Below, piece after piece: positions 1 to 8,532 of a stretch of DNA of 15,182 bases. Origin of the DNA: a virus; IMG/VR virus record IMGVR_UViG_3300028482_000024, positions 1-15,182 of that record. The stretch is one strand, 5' to 3'. The notes under the pieces were generated by a model that had not been told where the DNA came from, searched no databases, and saw only the letters and a program-made list of their open reading frames with translations. The position numbers and the translations under genes are program-made. Within the stretch, counting starts at the first letter, position 1. Each line of letters begins with the position of its first letter.

Positions 1-2
1 AT

Positions 3-1058
3 CGAACTACAAAAGCCTCTACATTTCAACTACTCTTGGATACCTTGGATTAGTTTGGCATTAGAGATAAATGTAGTATTAACCGCACGGATTTTACTAT
101 CACATTGCCGAATGGTTCGTCATTTTTATGTATGGGTCTTGACGACCCCGAAAAAATAAAATCTATTACAGGTTTGACGGACGCTTGGCTGGAAGAGGCG
201 ACCGAGTTTTCGCTTGACGATTTTAGTCAGGTGAATCTTCGTATAAGAGACCCGAAAGCCGAGGACCAGGAGGTTATATTATCATTCAACCCGGTCAGTA
301 AAGCGAATTGGTGTTATCTACAATTTTTCGCGGATAATGAAGAACTAACCGAGTTCCGCAAAACCGTAAAAATAGTTCATACAAATTATCTGGATAATCC
401 GTTCCTTCCTCCGGAGTATGTGTAGGCATTGTTATTGATGAAAGCAACTAACGAGGTCTATTACAAAATCTATGCTCTTGGAGAGTTCGGCAGTCTGGAT
501 AAATTGGTTTATAATAATTGGCAAAAGATGGATTTTGACCCGACATTAATTAAGGGCCAACTTCTATGCGGACTTGACTTCGGCTATACGAATGACCCAA
601 CGATGTTTATGGCATCAATACTGGTAGAAGAAGAAAGACGCATTTATGTGTTTAAGGAATGGGGAGGAACCGGTTTCTTGAACGACCAAATCGCAGATTA
701 GATAAAAGAAATGGGGTTCGCTAAAAGCCTCATTATGGCAGATAGTGCCGAGTAGAAATCAATTGATGAGATTAAGCGTAAAGGCATCGCCCGCATTAAG
801 CCCTGTGTAAAGGGGTAGGGTAGTGTGTTGTAGGGCATACAAAAACTTCAATAGTATGAAATCATAGTTCATCCATCTTGTCGCAACACGATTGAGGAAC
901 TTCAAAACTACTCTTGGAAGAAAGATAAGCAGACTAATGAGTATATCAACGAGCCCATTGACGCATTTAACCATAGCCTTGACTCGCTCCGATACTCGCT
1001 TCAATGTATCGACGCACGAGCACAATTGGCTTCTATGAATAAAGATTTATTGTTCTAA
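3..1058 (+). CDS. terL: Terminase large subunit (PBSX/Terminase_3-like), 5' truncated by the window edge; contains 7 in-frame TAG codons
   Basis: Frame 3 is open from the window edge to TAA 1056-1058 if the TAGs at 51, 423, 699, 753, 816, 831 and 852 are read as sense. The translation carries terminase motifs before and after the TAGs: DAWLEEATE (Walker-B-like), ILSFNP, GLDFGYTNDP, ADSAE-x-KSIDE, NYSWKKD and PIDAFNHSLDSLRY (nuclease domain). Track ORFs 105-425 and 429-701 are same-frame fragments of this gene. Confidence 0.9.
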
Positions 1059-1079
1059 TATTAAAAGGAGGACAAAAGA

Positions 1080-2447
1080 TTGTTTAGTCTAAATAATATT
1101 GAAGAATTAACAGATAAAGTAATCCGCAGAATTGTGGAGAATCATCGCAGTTCAGTGTTCCCTCGTTTGTAGAACTTGGAGAACTACTACAACGCGAAGA
1201 ATGTTATTAATAACAGACTTATGAAGGATAAGTCTAAACCTAATAATAAAATCGCAAATGCGTATGCGAGTTATATTACTGATACATTGGTTGGCTATTT
1301 TATCGGCGAACCCATTTCTTATACCTCAAATGACGACACCCTTTTGTAGGATTTAAGCATGATTTTTGAATATAATGACGAGGCTGATGAGAACGCTGAA
1401 CTCGCGAAGAATGCGAGCATCTACGGCGTGGCTTATGAGATGTTATATTTAAGCGAAGAGGATAAGATGATTAGGTTTAAGGCTCTTAACCCAAAAGAGA
1501 TTATTCCTATTTTTGATAAGACTGTGGAGCAGAACTTGATGGCAGTCATTCGTTATTATGATGATTATGATGTAGTTGATGATAAGACCTACACATTAGT
1601 TGAAGTCATCGATGGTTCGATGGTCCGCAGATATAAGATGGATAATTCTTTCTTACTTCTGGAAGAATATCCTCATTACTTTGGCATGGTGCCTATTGCT
1701 ATTTATAAGAACAATGAAGAAGAGCGTGGCGACTTTGAGGCTGTCATTAGTCTGATTGATGCGTATGATAAGATGGAGTCAGATACTTTAAATGATTTTG
1801 AATACTTTGTTGATGCTTATTTGGCTTTGTATGGCTTTACCGCAGAACCAGAAGATGTAGCACAGATGAAGGAGAATCGTATCCTACTCATGGATGAAGG
1901 CACCAGTGCTGAATGGCTTATCAAGCAGACCAGCGATACTTATGTCGAGAACATGAAGAACAGATTAGATGCTGATATTCATAAGTTCGCCAAGTGTCCT
2001 AATATGTCTGATAAGGAGTTTGCCTCTAACGCATCAGGCGTGGCTATTAAGTTCAAGTTGTTAGGCACAGAGAACCTCGTATCTATTAAGGAGCGTAAGT
2101 TCAAGCGTGGCTTACAGCAGAGATTAGAACTAATGAGTATGATTAATTCAGTATTACGCGAAGGCTTTGATTGGCGTGCTATTGATATTATCTTTACTCG
2201 TAATATCCCATCTAATGATACTGATATTGCTAACATGGTAAATACTTTGAAGGACATCGTTAGTGAAGAGACATTGCTGGCTCAAATCCCATTTGTCGAG
2301 GACGTTCAAGATGAATTAGAGCGTCTAAAACAAGAACGCGAAGAAAATAAAGAACTGAACCCATTTTTCCAAACAGGATTATCATATCAGACCAATGCTA
2401 TGGCTAACAGCACAGAGCAACAGGTTAAAGAGGAGGAGAAAGAATAA
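1080..2447 (+). CDS. Portal protein (SPP1 gp6-like), TTG start, 2 in-frame TAG codons
   Basis: AGGAGG at 1066-1071 lies 8 nt upstream of TTG 1080. The frame matches track ORF 1359-2447 and is interrupted only by TAG 1170 and TAG 1347. The restored N-terminus reads (M)FSLNNIEEL...FPRL-x-NLENYYNAKN...KPNNKIANAYASYITDTLVGYFIGEPISY, the typical gp6-family portal N-terminal region. The gene ends with TAA at 2445-2447 and encodes 455 aa, a typical portal size. Confidence 0.85.
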
Positions 2448-2836
2448 TGGGATTAGAATTATTGTTCCAGATTTTCGAGTTGTGTATTATTCCTCTATTA
2501 GCGGTGCTAACCGGCTATTTAGTTCAGTGGATTAAAGCAAAGACCGCAGAGGCAACAGAAAAGAACCAGAAGGATGTATTTGATAAATACATCACTATGT
2601 TGGGTGAAACGGTCGCCAAGTGCGTGTCCGCAACTAATCAGACCTATGTAGATGCGTTAAAGAAGGCCGGCTCATTTGATGCCGAGGCCCAGCAATACGC
2701 ATTTGATATGACCTTATCCGCAGTTATGGGCGTGTTGGGTCAGGATGCTATTGAATACTTAACCGCTATCTATGGTGATTTACACACTTATTTGACTACA
2801 TTAATTGAGGCCGAAGTAAAGGCACAGAAGGAGTAA
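2447..2836 (+). CDS. Small membrane-anchored protein (N-terminal TM helix; architecture reminiscent of LL-H-type holins); function uncertain
   Basis: Intact 129-aa ORF coupled to the portal stop (TAATG), with GAGGAGGAG upstream. It has the hydrophobic N-terminus LELLFQIFELCIIPLLAVLTGYLVQWI followed by a charged helical region ending LIEAEVKAQKE. There are no in-frame TAGs. Confidence 0.55.
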   Translation: MGLELLFQIFELCIIPLLAVLTGYLVQWIKAKTAEATEKNQKDVFDKYITMLGETVAKCVSATNQTYVDALKKAGSFDAEAQQYAFDMTLSAVMGVLGQDAIEYLTAIYGDLHTYLTTLIEAEVKAQKE

Positions 2837-2837
2837 T

Positions 2838-3746
2838 ATGAGTATCACAACAGTTCCAGAGGTTCCGCATTTTAATCGCTATGTTAAGCCGACTGTTGAG
2901 TTAGTCCTTCGACTATTGGCCGAGGCCTATGAAGACCAACACCTATTGGATAAGATACTAAAAGAAATTAGCGATGAAGTGTTCGCGGAACTGGCAAAAG
3001 AAATCCAACGGTTGGCTGATGATGGTAAAATTAATCTTGATAAAAAGATTGATTTATATAATAATCCCGCACTTCTCACCGCGTTAAAGCGGATTGAGGC
3101 GAAGTAGTTGTAGAGATTTACTGAATATTGTTGGATAGGATATCAGGTAATTGGGGAGAGTTTGGTGCGGGCTTACTCTACAACTCTCGCCGAGACTTAT
3201 CAGATGTTTAATTATACAAAAGGGCTTGACCCACATAACCTCTCTTCTGGACCAAAGTCGTATAATGTATATGTTTAGACAACTGACACTCATATTCGGG
3301 AGCAGGTGCTTAATGTGCCGTGGTGTCAGGATGGTAAGATTTATAGTGATAGACTCTGGGGACATGTAGCACAATTTCAATAGAAATTGAGTTATGTTTT
3401 AGAAGAGGGGATTAGTAAAGGTAGAGGTATGGAATGGATGATGTAGGCGTGGCAGAAATTGGCTGGTGGAACGGCGTATAACACTGCCCGCCTACTGAAA
3501 ACCGAGACAATGGCGATGTGGTCTCGGGCAACGAAAGACGCATATCTTGAAATGGGAATTGAATATGTCGCTATTGTGGGCGACGCAGAATGTGGAGGCA
3601 TTTGTCTGGATTATGTTGATGGCGAACCAATCCCATTGGCAGAGGCGGAGATTGGCGACCTACTCCCTCCATATCACCCGAACTGTGCTTGTAGTTTTGT
3701 GGCCTGGGAAGAGACTGTTGAAATCCCATTGGGCGAAGAAGTATAA
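2838..3746 (+). CDS. Head morphogenesis / minor capsid protein (Phage_Mu_F, SPP1 gp7-like), 5 in-frame TAG codons
   Basis: Track ORFs 2838-3107 and 3459-3746 share a frame and are joined by open sequence interrupted only by TAGs at 3105, 3111, 3276, 3381 and 3444. The joined protein (302 aa) shows the family hallmarks WCQDGKIYSDRLW, NTARLLKTETMAMW, and DAECGGICLDYVDGEPIPLAEAEIGDLLPPYHPNCACS (C-x-x-C ... PP-HPNC-C motif). It ends with TAA at 3744-3746. Confidence 0.85.
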
Positions 3747-3827
3747 ATCCATCGCTACTATTCTTAATATATTTTAGAAGGCTACAACTCAATGAGGGGT
3801 AGCAAATTAATTGGAGGTTTTATTTTT

Positions 3828-4418
3828 ATGGCTGAAATTGTAAATGATAAGGGTTCTGTTGTTGAATCTTCAACTGGCATTGAGACAGGGGAAGTCGCGG
3901 TTGAGAAAACTTATACTGAAAGCGAAGTCCAAGCATTATTACAACGCGAAGGCGACCGTAGAGTATCAAGTGCTCTGAAAAAGCAACAGAAAGAGTTCGA
4001 GAGACAAACCGCGGAGGCTGACAAGTTGAGAGATATGGACGAAAGTCAGCGTAAAGAGTATGAATATACTCAAAGGCTCCAAGAGTTAGAAAACAAAGAG
4101 CGAGAGTTCGCCATCGCCCAGAATAAGTTAGAGGCAACCAAAGTAATGGCGAACAGAGAACTCCCTATTGAGTTCGTTGATTATATCGTAGCAGAAGACG
4201 CAGAGACAATGATGGAGAATATCACCGCATTTGAACGAGCATTTAAGTCCGCAGTGGCCGATGCCGTAGCGAAGAAGATTGCGTCTCCCGCACCAAAGAC
4301 TGGGTCCGCTAAACAGACAGGTATGACAAAAGAGGAGTTCAGAAAGTTGTCAGTGGCACAACAGACTGAAATCTTCCGCACTAATCCTGAATTATATAAG
4401 CAGATGACCCGACAATAA
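3828..4418 (+). CDS. Capsid scaffolding protein (DUF4355-like)
   Basis: GGAGG at 3813-3817 lies 10 nt upstream of ATG 3828; the track start at 3792 lacks an RBS. The product is charged and coiled-coil-like: EVQALLQREGDRRVSSALKKQQKEFERQTAEADKLRDMDESQRKEYE...ELPIEFVDYIVAEDAETMMENITAFERAFKSAV. It sits directly upstream of the capsid gene and has no TAG. Confidence 0.8.
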   Translation: MAEIVNDKGSVVESSTGIETGEVAVEKTYTESEVQALLQREGDRRVSSALKKQQKEFERQTAEADKLRDMDESQRKEYEYTQRLQELENKEREFAIAQNKLEATKVMANRELPIEFVDYIVAEDAETMMENITAFERAFKSAVADAVAKKIASPAPKTGSAKQTGMTKEEFRKLSVAQQTEIFRTNPELYKQMTRQ

Positions 4419-4442
4419 CAAATATTAAAGGAGATTATAAAT

Positions 4443-5222
4443 ATGGCACATGTTATTTATGAAAACGAGATTTTGAGTAATAAACTGACTGACATTTTAA
4501 CTACTCAAATTGATATGAACGCTTACATGACCGTTGATACTTCCATGACCGAGCAGGCTGGTATGAAGAAAGTTATCAACACTTATGTCGCTTCTGGCGA
4601 TGTTGAAGAGTTGGCAATGGGCGAGGGCAATGAGACTGAAATCAGCGTAAGTTTCACTTCTGCCGAGTATGATGTTCTGACTTATCAGGGCTATTTCCAC
4701 TACTTCGACGAGCAGGCTATGACTGACCCCATGGTTGTTGATGCTGGCCTGGACGGTTCCGCAAAGACCATGGTTAATAAGTTCGTAGCAAAGGCAATTG
4801 AAGAGTTCGAGAAGGCAACTCTTGAAGCACCCGCATCCGCTTGGAGTTTCGAGGCTGTTGTTGATGCTATCGCAAAGATGAACCTTGAAGCAGAAGAGGG
4901 CTTGTTCCTGTTAATCTCTCCTGCCGACCAGGCTTCCTTCCGTAAGGCATTGAAGGACGATTTGAAGTATAGCGAAGGTTTCGTTCGCACCGGCTACATC
5001 GGCACTGTTTGCGGTGTGCCTGTCATCGTATCCAAGGCTGTTCCCGCTAATAAGGGCTATTTGGCTACCAAAGAGGCTGTTAGCGTATTCATTAAGAAGG
5101 ACACCGAAGTAGAGCAGGACCGCGACCCTGATACCCGTGATAATAAGTTCTGGGTTCGTAAGGTTGCTGTTGTCGCTCTGACCGATGCTACAAAGGCTGT
5201 TAAGATTAATATCGGTGGTTAA
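4443..5222 (+). CDS. Major capsid protein (HK97-fold type, short ~259 aa form)
   Basis: AAAGGAG lies 9 nt upstream of the ATG. The position after the scaffold, strong codon regularity and an intrinsic terminator directly downstream support the call. The sequence pattern (..GMKKVINTY..GDVEELAMGEG..FDEQAMTDP..) resembles small Firmicutes-phage capsid proteins that pair with DUF4355 scaffolds. No in-frame TAG. Confidence 0.8.
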   Translation: MAHVIYENEILSNKLTDILTTQIDMNAYMTVDTSMTEQAGMKKVINTYVASGDVEELAMGEGNETEISVSFTSAEYDVLTYQGYFHYFDEQAMTDPMVVDAGLDGSAKTMVNKFVAKAIEEFEKATLEAPASAWSFEAVVDAIAKMNLEAEEGLFLLISPADQASFRKALKDDLKYSEGFVRTGYIGTVCGVPVIVSKAVPANKGYLATKEAVSVFIKKDTEVEQDRDPDTRDNKFWVRKVAVVALTDATKAVKINIGG

Positions 5223-5247
5223 TCCACATTAAAAGATTGAATGAACT

Positions 5248-5293
5248 GGGCTTGCTTGTTCGAAAGGGCAAGCAAGCCCTTATTTTTATTTTA
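5248..5293 (+). terminator. Rho-independent terminator downstream of the major capsid gene
   Basis: A perfect 11-bp stem pairs GGGCTTGCTTG (5248-5258) with CAAGCAAGCCC (5269-5279) around a 10-nt loop, followed by the T-rich tract TTATTTTTATTTTA. Confidence 0.8.
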
Positions 5294-5308
5294 TTAAGGA
5301 GGATTTCA

Positions 5309-5605
5309 ATGTTAGACAAGATTAAACTTCTGTTGAGTAGATTAGATGATGACACCGCAGATGAACTATTGAATACTCTCATTTCTATGTGTAAAGAAGA
5401 GGCTTACATTTATTGTAATTTATCTGAATACGATAAGAAATTAGATAACATTGTTGTGTGTATGGTTATTGAAAAATATAACCGCATGGGTAGCGAAGGC
5501 ACTACAAGCCAGAGTTCTTCCGGCGTGTCCGCTTCTTATGACAGTTTTTACAGCGATAAGATTGTGCGTATGCTAAATAAGTTTAGAAAGGTTAAGATGG
5601 TATGA
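5309..5605 (+). CDS. Head-tail connector / adaptor protein (gp6-like, SPP1 gp15 position)
   Basis: AAGGAGG at 5296-5302 lies 6 nt upstream of ATG 5309; the track start at 5237 lies inside the terminator hairpin. The N-terminus MLDKIKLLLSRLDDDTADELLNTLISMCKEEAYIYCN matches the connector-family pattern (LK..L.i..d.D.ll..li..a). It ends with TGA at 5603-5605, overlapping the next ATG. Confidence 0.65.
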   Translation: MLDKIKLLLSRLDDDTADELLNTLISMCKEEAYIYCNLSEYDKKLDNIVVCMVIEKYNRMGSEGTTSQSSSGVSASYDSFYSDKIVRMLNKFRKVKMV

Positions 5606-5919
5606 TTAAAAGAGATACAATTCAGAGATATTCCGCCGTCCTAACCAAGGACGCGATGGGCGGGGATGTTGTTGATTTAGTTCCCGCAGAAAATGTAAGA
5701 GCACATGTTTCCATCAACTCTACTATTGGAGAAATCACCCAGTATGGGTTGAAAGAAGAAATGGTGCTACATGTTATAACCGATATCGAGTTAGATATTT
5801 ATATCCATACTCGTTATATGTATTCCGGTCGCCTGTTTAGATTAGTGCGTCAAATTAAGTAGGGTAATGAATATTATTCTACACTAATTGAAGTAAATGG
5901 AGGTAATGTAAATGCTTAA
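5602..5919 (+). CDS. Head closure protein (SPP1 gp16-like), extended 19 codons through TAG 5860
   Basis: The start is in an ATGA overlap with the previous gene. The standard-code ORF stops at TAG 5860-5862. Read-through adds [18 protein letters not shown] and ends at TAA 5917-5919, overlapping the next start by 8 nt. Size and synteny fit a head-closure protein. Confidence 0.55.
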
Positions 5920-6241
5920 CTATAATGCTGATACTAATGCCATTTCTATGATTGCGAAAGACACCGGAGATTTCGTAATTTCACTTGATAATTACTTACT
6001 TGCCGAGGGCGATAAGGTGTTTTTCACCGTGAATGATGGGTTAGAAAAGGAGCCCGCACTCATCTCTATCGTCGTTAGTGAGTTTGTTGATAATAAAGCC
6101 GTTATTCATCTATCTGCGACTGATACTAATTTGGCTCCTGGTAATTATTATTACGACGTTCAGGTAAATACTGCGGACGGTCGTATTGATACTGTATTGG
6201 GTCCAGCCAAGTTTAAAATCGCGGGAGGGGTGAAGTATTAA
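5912..6241 (+). CDS. Hypothetical beta-sandwich / Ig-like protein (first gene of the fibre block)
   Basis: GGAGG at 5899-5903 lies 8 nt upstream of the ATG. The ORF is an intact 109 aa. The C-terminal pattern [28 protein letters not shown] resembles Ig-like domains of phage baseplate/decoration proteins; this assignment is from memory only. Confidence 0.55.
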   Translation: MLNYNADTNAISMIAKDTGDFVISLDNYLLAEGDKVFFTVNDGLEKEPALISIVVSEFVDNKAVIHLSATDTNLAPGNYYYDVQVNTADGRIDTVLGPAKFKIAGGVKY

Positions 6242-6735
6242 TGGCTAAAATTGAAGTTTTAAATAATATTGACGCAGTTGTTGAAGATATCCCTGTTATT
6301 AACACCTCTATGAGTAATGCCATTTATCGTGGCCCCAAAGGAGATAAGGGCGAGCGTGGAGATGTCGGCCCACAAGGTCCCCAGGGTATTCAAGGCGAAA
6401 AAGGCCAGGATGGTTCTATTGGACCCCAAGGCCCCGCAGGCAAAGATGGTGCCCCAGGTCCTCGTGGAGAGCGAGGCATTCAAGGTGAGATGGGACCACA
6501 GGGACCCGAAGGCCCCCAGGGACCTATCGGCCCCAAAGGCGAAATTGGTCCTATCGGTCCCGCAGGTAAAGATGGTGTTGATGGGGCCCCCGGACAAAAA
6601 GGTGATAAGGGCGAGCCCGGGGTTTCGGGCGTATATGTTGGAACTACTGCTCCTACTGATGAGAGTGTCGTGGTGTGGATTGATATTGCTGGCACAGGAG
6701 AAGATTTGGAGCCCGCAGAGGGAGGTAGTTATTAA
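6241..6735 (+). CDS. Collagen-like (Gly-X-Y) fibre protein 1
   Basis: There are about 33 uninterrupted G-X-Y triplets ([21 protein letters not shown]...GEPGVSG). The start is coupled by TAATG at 6239-6243, and the gene ends ...EPAEGGSY with TAA at 6733-6735 overlapping the next ATG. Confidence 0.9.
   Translation: MAKIEVLNNIDAVVEDIPVINTSMSNAIYRGPKGDKGERGDVGPQGPQGIQGEKGQDGSIGPQGPAGKDGAPGPRGERGIQGEMGPQGPEGPQGPIGPKGEIGPIGPAGKDGVDGAPGQKGDKGEPGVSGVYVGTTAPTDESVVVWIDIAGTGEDLEPAEGGSY
6331..6630 (+). repeat. Gly-X-Y collagen triple-helix repeat tract (9-nt periodic GGN-NNN-NNN)
   Basis: Direct reading of the translation, residues ~31-130 of the 6241-6735 product. This GC-rich periodic tract also generates spurious long ORFs in other frames and on the minus strand. 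Confidence 0.9.
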
Positions 6736-7865
6736 TGGCATTAAAGACTGTTAATGAAGAGAGTTTAGTGGCTCTTGGCAATGCGATTAGAGAAAAGACT
6801 AATACGAATGATTTGTTAGTATTTCCTAATGGTATGATTGACGCGATTAATTCTATTACTGGTGCTATTGAGGTGCCTGAAATTGAAATTAGTGGTAATG
6901 GTAATTATGCTTGTGCTGGTTTATCAGGTGAATATATTAATTTATTTGGAGATAAAATTAAGACGCGTAATTTAAGTAATGCGTAGTATATGTTCTCCTA
7001 TTGTAGTGCCCCTAATATTCCATTTGAAATTAATTTTTCTTCTTCTGCGAATATGTAGTATATGTTTAGAGGTTGTAAAATGAGAAATGTCCCAGTCATA
7101 AATAATGCGAAGCCATCATCATTATATAATTTTTTTGCTGATTGTTATTATTTAAGATATATTCCAGATAATTTCGGTGAAAATTGGGATTGGAGTTCAG
7201 TTAGTAATTCTTCTGCGAGTGTTTCTTATTTTTTTATTAATTGTTTTTCATTGAGATAGGTGCCAGCATTTTTTAAATAGCATTGTTGTGGGAAGCAGTC
7301 TGCTTAGCAGTGTTTATATTATAGCACTTTTCAAAATTGTTATACATTAGATGAAATTGTTGATTTGCCGGTTTATACGGCTACCGCTCTTACATCAAAT
7401 GTGTTTAATAGCACAGTTTCATAGGCTTCTCGTATTAAAGATTTTACATTTGAAGTAAATACTGATGGCACTCCAAAAATCGCACAGTGGAAGGGATAGA
7501 CATTCAATATGACTTATAATGTAGGATATTTATCATCATCTTATGTGGATACACTTACGGGATATAATACTGGTTTAACCAAAGATACACGTATTACTAA
7601 TGACGAGAATTATCAATTATTAAAAGACAATCCTGATGCTTGGACTGTTGATATAAAATATTCTCGTTATAATCATGATAGTGCCGTCCGCACCATTAAC
7701 TCTCTGCCTGATACATCTGCCTATCTCGCGTCTGCGGGTGGCACGAATACGATTAAGTTCAAAGGTGCTTCTGGCAGTGCGACGGACGGAGGGGCCATTA
7801 ACACATTAACCGAAGAAGAAATCGCAGTAGCAACCGCAAAAGGTTGGACTGTAAGTTTAGCATAA
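6735..7865 (+). CDS. Putative fibre tip / adhesin with BspA/DUF285-type FxxC leucine-rich-like repeats, 7 in-frame TAG codons
   Basis: Track ORFs 6735-6986, 7062-7259 and 7509-7865 share a frame and are separated only by TAGs at 6984, 7056, 7257, 7278, 7305, 7422 and 7497. The joined 376-aa protein has repeated YMFSYC / YMFRGC / NFFADC / YFFINC / TFQNC motifs, with WDWSSVSN in between. The N-terminal LGNAIREKTNTNDL motif is shared with the 8532 gene. The C-terminus reads TEEEIAVATAKGWTVSLA. Ends with TAA. Confidence 0.7.
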
Positions 7866-7876
7866 GGAGGCTAACT

Positions 7877-8068
7877 ATGATTAGTAAAGATTTTATTTTA
7901 ACACGCTATGATGCCGATGTCGGCAAAGTATTTGATTGGAAAGAGCCTCGTTATATTGAGGATGAAAATGGAAATCAAATCCAAGAGCATCTATATGTAA
8001 AGACATTATTTATCGGAAATAATGACACTATTGACAACTACATTGAAATTGAGGAGGTAGTTGAATGA
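7877..8068 (+). CDS. Small hypothetical protein (63 aa), paralog of the 9762-9932 product
   Basis: AAGGAGG at 7865-7871 lies 5 nt upstream of ATG 7877. The shared motif is F/Y-DW..P...HLYVK.LF...ND.I-D/E-NYI. It ends with TGA at 8066-8068 in an ATGA overlap with the next gene. Confidence 0.55.
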   Translation: MISKDFILTRYDADVGKVFDWKEPRYIEDENGNQIQEHLYVKTLFIGNNDTIDNYIEIEEVVE

Positions 8069-8532
8069 GTGTTTTAAGATTTAAAGACCCTGCTACTAAT
8101 GAGTGGAAAGAAATTACTACTATTATGGGACCTGCGGGTCCCCAGGGTCCAAAAGGTGAAGATGGCGGTATTAAGTTTGAAGAACTGACCGACGCACAAA
8201 AAGAAGAATTACGTGGCCCACAGGGTATTCAAGGACCACAAGGTGAAACCGGTCCGCGAGGAGAGCAAGGTCCTGCCGGCCCCGAGGGCCCACAAGGCAT
8301 TCAGGGTCCAAAGGGCGACACAGGGGAACAAGGCCCGATTGGCCCAGAGGGTCCCGCAGGCCACACCCCCATAAAAGGCACGGATTATTTTACAGAGGCC
8401 GATAAAACTGAATTAGTGGCTGATGTTGAGGCCATTATGACTAATAAAGGATATCAAACCGAGGCGTAGGTCAATGCGTTGATTACTACTGCTCTTGGTA
8501 ATATTGGTGTAGCGGAGGAGGGTTCTTATTAA
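8065..8532 (+). CDS. Collagen-like (Gly-X-Y) fibre protein 2, extended 21 codons through TAG 8467
   Basis: GAGGAGG lies 9 nt upstream of the start. There are 4 + 17 G-X-Y triplets, then [18 protein letters not shown], a motif common in phage collagen-like fibres. Read-through of TAG 8467 adds [20 protein letters not shown], reproducing the ...EGGSY C-terminus and the TAATG junction of collagen-like protein 1. Confidence 0.85.
8128..8367 (+). repeat. Gly-X-Y collagen repeat tract (two blocks separated by a 17-residue interruption)
   Basis: Direct reading: [12 protein letters not shown], then the interruption [17 protein letters not shown], then [51 protein letters not shown]. Confidence 0.85.

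Noticed and set aside
759-1025. Minus-strand ORFs in the track: 759-1025, 1979-2257, 3084-3380, 3392-3601, 3571-3792, 3826-4137, 4181-4381, 4497-4700, 4700-4990, 10211-10444, 10457-10705, 11510-11719, 13887-14144
   Set aside because: All lie antisense to well-supported plus-strand genes. They lack RBSs and recognisable motifs and have odd composition. They are shadow ORFs.
3151-3777. Plus-strand alternative-frame ORFs 3151-3369 and 3547-3777 (also 10387-10575)
   Set aside because: They overlap the Mu-F-like gene (or the tail tube gene) out of frame and have no RBS or motifs. The conserved family motifs are in the other frame.
3747-3827. Possible tRNA (for example the amber suppressor) or promoter in the largest intergenic spacer
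   Set aside because: I found no cloverleaf-compatible arms or T-loop consensus, and no convincing -35/-10 pair. The only other spacer (5223-5308) is taken up by the terminator. The suppressor tRNA, if phage-encoded, must lie outside this window.
5237-5308. Upstream start at 5237 for the connector gene, as given by the ORF track
   Set aside because: That start would place the first 24 codons across the terminator hairpin with no RBS. ATG 5309 has a canonical AAGGAGG 6 nt upstream.
6259-6754. Long alternative-frame and antisense ORFs across the collagen-like gene (6317-6754 plus strand, 6259-6741 and 6480-6695 minus strand)
   Set aside because: The GC-rich, 9-nt periodic Gly-X-Y coding tract is poor in stop codons in every frame. 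The G-X-Y frame, with its RBS and translational coupling, is clearly the real one.
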